Source: Flavobacteriia bacterium (GTDB taxonomy: Bacteria > Bacteroidota > Bacteroidia > Flavobacteriales > Schleiferiaceae). Taken from it: DNA of 64,000 bases. Shown piece after piece: positions 57,849 through 64,000 of the stretch. The notes below the pieces were generated by a model. It did no database searches, was not told where the DNA came from, and saw only the letters and a program-made list of their open reading frames with translations. Each line of letters opens with the position of its first letter. Position 1 is the stretch's first letter. The stretch spans positions 3,429 through 67,428 of the forward strand of contig JABXHW010000007.1 in assembly GCA_013373425.1 (NCBI GenBank), given 5' to 3'. The position numbers and the translations under genes were made by a program.

Positions 57849-59204
57849 ATGGCCAAAGTGAAAAAGGCATGGTTCTGTCAGAACTGTGGCGCACAACATA
57901 GTCAGTGGATGGGACAATGTTCCCGTTGTAATGAGTGGAATACTCTCGTTGAAGAGGTCCTTTCAAAACCGGATAAACGGGCCGTTGCACGTTCCGCACA
58001 GCCAGAGCGCAAAAGTCCCACGCCAATTAGATCTATTGAATACGATCAGACCAAGCGCACTTCAACCCAGGATGGAGAACTCGACCGTGTTCTTGGCGGA
58101 GGAATCGTTCCAGGCTCATTGATTCTTCTAGGAGGTGAACCGGGCATCGGGAAATCCACCTTGATGCTCCAAGTGGCCCTTCGGTCTAAGCAATCGGTAC
58201 TTTATGTTTCTGGGGAAGAGTCCGACCATCAGGTTCGAATGCGTGCTGAGCGTATTGGTATTGAGAATGAAGATTGCTTGGTTCTGACTGAAACTCGTAC
58301 TCAACATATCTTTCAACACGCAGAGCAGGTTCAGCCAGGTCTCGTTGTCGTGGACTCGATTCAAACCCTCAGTACGGAACATATTGATGCTTCGCCAGGA
58401 AGCGTTTCACAAATTCGTGAGTGTGCAGCTGAGTTTTTACAATTTGCAAAGACTACCGGCATTCCCGTGGTCTTGATCGGACATATTACCAAGGAAGGAA
58501 GTTTGGCAGGCCCTAAAGTCCTCGAACACATGGTGGATGTGGTTCTTCAATTCGAAGGCGACCGTCACCATATTTACAGATTGCTCCGAGGCCAAAAGAA
58601 CCGCTTTGGATCGACCTCGGAATTGGGGATTTATGAAATGAGGGGAGAAGGGCTCCGCGAGGTTCCTAATCCATCCGAAGTTCTGATGTCGAATGGAGAG
58701 GATAAATTATCTGGAACTGCTATCGCCGTAATGGTAGAAGGAGTTCGCCCGATGCTTGTTGAGATTCAAGCCTTGGTGTCGACAGCAGTGTATGGCACTC
58801 CTCAACGGTCATCTACCGGTTTCGACGTCCGTAGACTAAACATGTTACTGGCTGTGCTAGAGAAACGATGTGGCTTCAGGCTTGGCGCTAAGGACGTTTT
58901 CTTGAACGTGACAGGCGGCGTTAAAGTGGATGATCCAGCGATTGACTTGGCAGTAGTTGCTGCTATCCTATCAAGCGACCAAGACATCACGATTGGAAAT
59001 GGGGTGTGCTTCGCTGGTGAGGTGGGGCTAGCGGGAGAGATTCGCCCATCTAGTCGGATCGACCACCGAATCAATGAAGCCGCTAAATTGGGCTTTGATC
59101 AGGTGTTTGTATCCAAATCCGCTCAAATCGAGAAGTCGCCTGCAGAAACCGATGTGGTGAAAGTGGCGAAGGTGGAAGATTTGGTCAGAGGGTTGTTTGG
59201 GTAG
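57849..59204 (+). CDS. radA: DNA repair protein RadA/Sms
   Basis: CxxC..CxxC Zn finger, GGEPGIGKSTL, KNRFG and GEVGLAGEIR motifs. Confidence 0.98.
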   Translation: MAKVKKAWFCQNCGAQHSQWMGQCSRCNEWNTLVEEVLSKPDKRAVARSAQPERKSPTPIRSIEYDQTKRTSTQDGELDRVLGGGIVPGSLILLGGEPGIGKSTLMLQVALRSKQSVLYVSGEESDHQVRMRAERIGIENEDCLVLTETRTQHIFQHAEQVQPGLVVVDSIQTLSTEHIDASPGSVSQIRECAAEFLQFAKTTGIPVVLIGHITKEGSLAGPKVLEHMVDVVLQFEGDRHHIYRLLRGQKNRFGSTSELGIYEMRGEGLREVPNPSEVLMSNGEDKLSGTAIAVMVEGVRPMLVEIQALVSTAVYGTPQRSSTGFDVRRLNMLLAVLEKRCGFRLGAKDVFLNVTGGVKVDDPAIDLAVVAAILSSDQDITIGNGVCFAGEVGLAGEIRPSSRIDHRINEAAKLGFDQVFVSKSAQIEKSPAETDVVKVAKVEDLVRGLFG

Positions 59205-59605
59205 TGCTTAGAGGCAGAGCGTGTCTATTCTCGAGAAAAGGCGGGGGTAAAGCAGAGGAGAGGAGGCGTCGTTGCCCGGGGCGAGTACCCTCGTCCCCGA
59301 GATCAAGGTAGGTAATCGTTTCTCGCTAGTCGTGTGGTAAACGTTTACTTACGCCTCGAAAATCGACTTTAACGTGATTCACACATCTGCTTCACGAGAT
59401 TCCAGATTTCGCTTATTAATTAACGAACTTGAAAGTGGGGTCAGCGGGCTGGCCCCATGGGGAAATGGCCCCAGGATTTCTTCAATCCTTTCATTAGTGC
59501 CTATTACAAAAGCAAGTGTACTTGTCCTGTTTTAGGAACGAGATATTCAGCATAGCTTGACTAATCAAGGTGTCAATTGGAAAGGAGAGAAATGAAAAGA
59601 AGAAA

Positions 59606-60166
59606 TCAGCCGTTGAACTGATTCATGGTGATTTGCGGACCGGCTAACGCAAAGCTCTTGATGGCTTCCGTCGCCTTGTCGATACGAGGCTGTAGGTCAA
59701 GCCACTCTTTGTCGGTCCACTGACCGAGCACGAAATCAACTTGCTGACCGCGAGAAAACTCATTGCCAATACCGAAGCGGAGACGAGGATAGTCGGCTCT
59801 TCCGAGGAGCTGTTGAATGCTCTTCAAGCCATTGTGTCCGCCATCAGAACCTTTCATCTTGATGCGAATGGCTCCGAGGGGTAGGGCGAGTTCATCGACT
59901 ACCACAAGAATATTCTCGAGCGGAACTTTCTCTTGTTCCATCCAATAGCGCACAGCTTTTCCGCTCAGGTTCATGTAGGTGTTGGGCTTAACGAGAATGA
60001 GTTCTCTACCCTTCACACGAACTCGAGCTACATCGGCGTAGCGTTCGGAGGAAAAAGAAGAGGTGTCGGACGCTAGAGCATCCAACACCTCAAATCCAAT
60101 GTTGTGACGAGTGCGGTTATATTCCGCACCTGGATTACCCAAACCGAAGATCAAGAACTTCTTCAA
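59606..60166 (-). CDS. pth: Peptidyl-tRNA hydrolase
   Basis: [24 protein letters not shown] and GGHNGLKSI motifs. Confidence 0.98.
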   Translation of the reverse strand: MKKFLIFGLGNPGAEYNRTRHNIGFEVLDALASDTSSFSSERYADVARVRVKGRELILVKPNTYMNLSGKAVRYWMEQEKVPLENILVVVDELALPLGAIRIKMKGSDGGHNGLKSIQQLLGRADYPRLRFGIGNEFSRGQQVDFVLGQWTDKEWLDLQPRIDKATEAIKSFALAGPQITMNQFNG

Positions 60167-60189
60167 AGTCGATCTCCTTTAGGGTTGTC

Positions 60190-60825
60190 TTATTCAGCTG
60201 AAGCTTCTTCAGTCGCTGCTTCTGCTGCAGCTCCCTCTTCACCTTCTGCGCCTTCTTCATCTTCTTCCTCTTCGTCAACTGCGTTACGAGCAGTTTTGAT
60301 GGTTACGATGACAGCATTAGCAGCGCTAAGGATATCAAACCCTTTAGCTTCTACAGAAGATACACGAATAGACTGACCGATACGAAGGTCGGTGATGTCC
60401 AATTCGATGCTTGCTGGAATATTTTCTGGTAGAGCTTTCACGCGAACATAACGCATGAAATGCTTTAGTTTACCACCGTTACGTACACCACGAGCGTTTC
60501 CGTTCAAGCGTACAGGTGCGTTAACTGTTACTGGCTTACCATCCACCAATTGAATGAAGTCGATGTGGGTGATTGCGTCAGTTACAGGATCAAACTGGAT
60601 GTCCTGCATAACGGCTTCTACCTCTTTACCGTCCAATTCAATTTTCGCGATGTGTACGGTTGATGTGTACACCAAATCGCGGAAGCTCAGCGTAGGCGCT
60701 GAGAAGTGGATTGTTTCTTCTCCACCGTAAACTACGCATGGCACTTGACCTTCACGGCGAAGGTGCTTAGCGTATTTTGTACCTAGATCGGTGCGAACCG
60801 TACCCTTGATAGCGATTGAGTCCAT
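60190..60825 (-). CDS. rplY: 50S ribosomal protein L25 / general stress protein Ctc
   Basis: LRREGQVPCVVYG, QFDPVTD.I.HIDF and GVRNGG motifs; acidic tail. Confidence 0.97.
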   Translation of the reverse strand: MDSIAIKGTVRTDLGTKYAKHLRREGQVPCVVYGGEETIHFSAPTLSFRDLVYTSTVHIAKIELDGKEVEAVMQDIQFDPVTDAITHIDFIQLVDGKPVTVNAPVRLNGNARGVRNGGKLKHFMRYVRVKALPENIPASIELDITDLRIGQSIRVSSVEAKGFDILSAANAVIVTIKTARNAVDEEEEDEEGAEGEEGAAAEAATEEASAE

Positions 60826-60851
60826 TGCTACTATCGATTAAGATTCCCTGA

Positions 60852-61784
60852 TTACATTACAAAGTGTCCGCTTATTGACTCGTGGTGGTGCACCTTCTTC
60901 ATTACTGCTGCGAAGATTGGTGCCACGCTCAATACTCGGATTTTATCGCTCTCCTGTCTTGGTGCAAGTGTGTCGGTAATGACTAACTCTTCCAAAGCAG
61001 AATTTTCTATTCTCTCATAGGCGTTACCTGAAAGTACTCCGTGTGTACAGTACGCACGAACACTCTTAGCGCCCTTATCCATCAACATATCTGCAGCCTT
61101 GGTCAAAGTGCCTGCAGTGTCTACCATATCATCAAGCAAAACAACGTTGCGGTCTTGTACATCACCGATAACCGTCATCTTGTCGATTACATTCGCCTTT
61201 TTGCGCTGCTTGTAACAGATTACAACTTCAGCTCCCAACTTGTTGCCATAAGCGTTGGCGCGCTTAGAACCTCCCATATCAGGAGATGCAATAGTTAGAT
61301 TATCAAGATTCATCGCCTCGATATCCGGAATGAACAAGCTGCTCGAGAACATGTGGTCAACCGGAACCTCGAAGAATCCCTGAATCTGGTCAGCGTGCAA
61401 GTCCATCGTCATGATGCGAGTGGCACCAGCCGCTGTGAGTAGGTTCGCTACCAACTTTGCCCCAATCGGAACACGTGGTTTGTCTTTGCGATCCTGACGA
61501 GCCAATCCGAAATAAGGAATGACTGCTGTGATGTGCTTGGCTGAAGCGCGCTTCGCGGCGTCACACATCTGAAGCAATTCCATTAAGTTATCCGCAGGAG
61601 GGTTAGTGGATTGTACGAGAAATACTCGACCTCCTCTAACGGTCTCTTCAAAAGATGGCTGAAACTCACCATCGCTGAACTCTTGGAAAGCTACTTTACC
61701 AAGTGGCTGTCCGTAAGCTTCCGCGATTCGCTCTGCTAGAGCACGTGAACCTCTTCCTGCAAATATCTTAGCTGATGGAACCAT
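60852..61784 (-). CDS. prs: Ribose-phosphate pyrophosphokinase
   Basis: FSDGE, PYFGLARQDRK, MDLHADQIQGFF, SPDMGG and DDMVDTAGTL motifs. Confidence 0.99.
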   Translation of the reverse strand: MVPSAKIFAGRGSRALAERIAEAYGQPLGKVAFQEFSDGEFQPSFEETVRGGRVFLVQSTNPPADNLMELLQMCDAAKRASAKHITAVIPYFGLARQDRKDKPRVPIGAKLVANLLTAAGATRIMTMDLHADQIQGFFEVPVDHMFSSSLFIPDIEAMNLDNLTIASPDMGGSKRANAYGNKLGAEVVICYKQRKKANVIDKMTVIGDVQDRNVVLLDDMVDTAGTLTKAADMLMDKGAKSVRAYCTHGVLSGNAYERIENSALEELVITDTLAPRQESDKIRVLSVAPIFAAVMKKVHHHESISGHFVM

Positions 61785-61840
61785 ACTTAATTATTAATCC
61801 CTTGAAACTGTAGTCATTCGACACTCAGTCAAAAGGGCTG

Positions 61841-61848
61841 CAAATGTA
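61841..61848 (-). promoter_or_regulatory. -7 promoter element (TACATTTG) for prs-rplY-pth
   Basis: Exact TAnnTTTG followed by CAGCCC. Confidence 0.7.
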
Positions 61849-62000
61849 TAAAACTTTAGTGTAACAGCAGGGCCTAAATACACTAATCCAAATTTTTTTT
61901 CATCGAGTGCTTGGTTTGGCGAAACTCTTTGTTGTAATTTCGCCGCCTCAGACGCTGGATAGGGTTCCACAAAGGTAACTTTAAAAGGCTTCAACGCACG

Positions 62001-62081
62001 GCCCAGGTGGCGGAATTGGTAGACGCGCACGACTCAAACTCGTGTACCACTGGTGTGCGGGTTCGACTCCCGCCCTGGGCA
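62001..62081 (+). tRNA. tRNA-Leu (anticodon CAA)
   Basis: GCCCAGG/CCTGGGC acceptor stem, GCGGAATTGGTAGACGC D arm, CACGA-CT CAA AC-TCGTG, long variable arm, GCGGG-TTCGACT-CCCGC. Confidence 0.97.
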
Positions 62082-62085
62082 CTTC

Positions 62086-62121
62086 AAAAAGCCTCTTCGA
62101 TATTCGGAGAGGCTTTTTTTT
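62086..62121 (+). terminator. tRNA-Leu terminator
   Basis: AAAAAGCCTCTTCGA-TAT-TCGGAGAGGC followed by a T tract. Confidence 0.88.
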
Positions 62122-62126
62122 GTTCC

Positions 62127-62166
62127 AGGTAACCAGGTCACGAGGTTACAAGGTGACCACGTTACT
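62127..62166 (+). repeat. Degenerate 8-mer array AGGTNACN (5 units)
   Basis: AGGTAACC AGGTCACG AGGTTACA AGGTGACC ACGTTACT. Confidence 0.7.
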
Positions 62167-62227
62167 CAAAATATTACCTTTGGAAGCTTCTTGCTCGAAC
62201 TGACACAATTTCAAACCGTTTACTCCT

Positions 62228-62656
62228 TTGACAAACAAGCAGCGTAAATACGATTCAGCCTACCTTCGAATGGCGAAAGAATGGGCGAAACTCTCGTATT
62301 GCAACCGCCGTCAAGTAGGCAGCCTCATCGTAAAAGATCGAATGATTATAAGCGATGGTTACAACGGCACGCCTTCGGGCTTTGAGAATATTTGTGAAGA
62401 CGAAGAGGGATACACCAAATGGTATGTACTTCATTCCGAAGCGAATGCCATTACCAAGGTGGCAGCGTCTAACCATTCTTGCGATGGTGGCACACTTTAT
62501 CTCACCCTTTCTCCTTGCAAGGACTGCAGCAAGTTGATTCATCAAGCCGGGATTAAACGTTTGGTATACATTGAGCGTTACAAAGACACTTCTGGACTCG
62601 AATTTCTCGAGAAAGCAGGAGTGGAAGTGTGTCAGCTGAATCCAGACGAAGAATGA
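62228..62656 (+). CDS. dCMP deaminase (ComEB-like)
   Basis: S.C.RRQVG, DGYNGTP, HSEANAI and SPCKDCSK motifs; TTG start. Confidence 0.95.
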   Translation: MTNKQRKYDSAYLRMAKEWAKLSYCNRRQVGSLIVKDRMIISDGYNGTPSGFENICEDEEGYTKWYVLHSEANAITKVAASNHSCDGGTLYLTLSPCKDCSKLIHQAGIKRLVYIERYKDTSGLEFLEKAGVEVCQLNPDEE

Positions 62657-64000
62657 AAGCATCACAGATTTATTTGCCCATGGCCCTCGCGGCCGCAGTG
62701 GTGATTGGTATGTTTATCGGCTCACGATACGACTATCCAGCGCGCCCAGCAACCATGCATAGCGAGGAAATTAAGGAGCAAAAAATCCGTCAAATCATCA
62801 ACTACATCGACTATGATTATGTGGATGATGTGAATACAGATAGCCTGCTCGACCTCACCATTAGAGACATGCTTCGCCGACTTGATCCTCACAGTACGTA
62901 CATCGCGCAGCAAAACGTACAAGCGAGCGAAGAGAGTATACAAGGACATTTCGAGGGGGTAGGTATCGAGTTTCACATGCATAAAGACTCCCTTAATATC
63001 GTGAGGGTTGTGCAAGACGGACCTGCCTTCAAAGCAGGTCTCCGCGGAGGCGATAGAATCGTTTCTATCGATGGAGAATCCGTAGTTGGCGACTATGAAA
63101 CGACAGGTCCAATTATTGAAACTCTAAGAGGTCAGTCTGGAACTAAAGTGAATGTAGAGCTCGCCCGACGTGGTTCCGATGAAATTCGAACCGCAAATAT
63201 TACCAGAGGACCGATTCCAATCCGAAGTATCGATGTCAGCTACATGGTCAACGATAGCGTTGGACTCATCAAGATTAATCGCTTTTCTGAGACTACAACC
63301 AATGAGTTTGATGAAGCGGTTATAGCCCTCAAGAGACGAGGTATGTCTCACATGATCCTCGACCTCAGAGATAACCCAGGCGGATTGCTGCGCATCGCAG
63401 AAGAAATTTGTGATGAATTCTTGCCAAAGGGTACTCGTATCGTTTATACCCAAGACAGAGAGGGCAATAGAGATGAATCGTATGCAACGAATGGCGGCTC
63501 ATTTATCAATGGTGAAGTAGTAGTTCTCATCAATGAAAACTCTGCCTCTGCGGCTGAAATCGTTGCCGGTGCATTGCAGGATAATGATAGAGCAACAATC
63601 ATAGGTCGACGTTCTTTTGGTAAAGGCCTTGTCCAGGAGGAAATGCTCTTAAGTGACGGTTCTCGCATGCGCTTGACAACCGCTCGATATTATACTCCAA
63701 CTGGAAGAAGTATTCAGCGTTCATACGAAGATGGATATGAGTCTTACCAGCGCGATTATTACAAACGCATGGAGAGTGGCGAGCTCTTCCAACCCGATAG
63801 TTCTCAATTTGATGTGAAGGATCGATACATCACTCCAGGTGGAAAAGTGGTGTACGGTGGCGGTGGAATTATGCCGGATATTTTCGTTCCTGTCGATAGC
63901 TTGGTTTACTCCAATGAGTGGTTATACTACCACTTCGGCACACAGGCCATTACCGGATTTGCTTTTGAATGGGCCGATCGACATCGAGGAGAGTTGGAAG
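62653..64000 (+). CDS. S41 family carboxy-terminal processing protease (3' end outside window)
   Basis: Not in the ORF track because it runs off the window. Translation from ATG 62653 gives LDPHSTYI, a PDZ domain (FEGVGIEF), DLRDNPGGLL, SASAAEIVAGALQD, GRRSFGKGLVQ and TTARYYTPTGRSIQ. Confidence 0.95.
   Translation, partial: MKASQIYLPMALAAAVVIGMFIGSRYDYPARPATMHSEEIKEQKIRQIINYIDYDYVDDVNTDSLLDLTIRDMLRRLDPHSTYIAQQNVQASEESIQGHFEGVGIEFHMHKDSLNIVRVVQDGPAFKAGLRGGDRIVSIDGESVVGDYETTGPIIETLRGQSGTKVNVELARRGSDEIRTANITRGPIPIRSIDVSYMVNDSVGLIKINRFSETTTNEFDEAVIALKRRGMSHMILDLRDNPGGLLRIAEEICDEFLPKGTRIVYTQDREGNRDESYATNGGSFINGEVVVLINENSASAAEIVAGALQDNDRATIIGRRSFGKGLVQEEMLLSDGSRMRLTTARYYTPTGRSIQRSYEDGYESYQRDYYKRMESGELFQPDSSQFDVKDRYITPGGKVVYGGGGIMPDIFVPVDSLVYSNEWLYYHFGTQAITGFAFEWADRHRGELE

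Noticed and set aside
62228-62656. dCTP/dCMP-deaminase anti-phage system
   Set aside because: Single-domain ComEB-like enzyme with no kinase fusion or antitoxin RNA evident, coupled to a housekeeping S41 protease.

Overview
64-kb stretch of core chromosome from a Bacteroidota (very probably Flavobacteriales) bacterium. The assignment is inferred from T9SS C-terminal domains, TAnnTTTG -7 promoters and the glmS-DUF4270-GT5-panCD-radA and pth-rplY-prs synteny. It holds about 60 CDS and two tRNAs (Gln-TTG, Leu-CAA); I see no rRNA, CRISPR array, integrase or transposase. Main blocks: a TPR-histidine kinase/NarL-type two-component pair flanked by two T9SS cargo genes; an 8-gene operon (YbjN-like, PspA, DUF4178, RS-tailed membrane protein, DUF350, membrane-fused SpeE, SpeD, K+ channel); a SUF Fe-S locus split into two divergent halves; an MbnP/MbnH/SCO copper module; and housekeeping genes. 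The most unusual structure is non-coding. (1) A family of degenerate 7-mer and 8-mer tandem arrays brackets a four-helix-bundle gene as inverted arrays. The same family forms a ~150-bp composite element (8-mer array, 37-bp core, 7-mer array) present as two inverted copies around the sufS-to-DUF3050 block. (2) Tandem units lie downstream of tRNA-Gln, with an 18-bp duplication of its 3' end, repeated terminator and 14-bp motifs, and a lower-GC methyltransferase cargo. (3) A promoter-to-terminator, hairpin-rich ~265-nt candidate small RNA sits at 39.5-39.8 kb. All protein calls come from motif recognition by eye; no searches were run.
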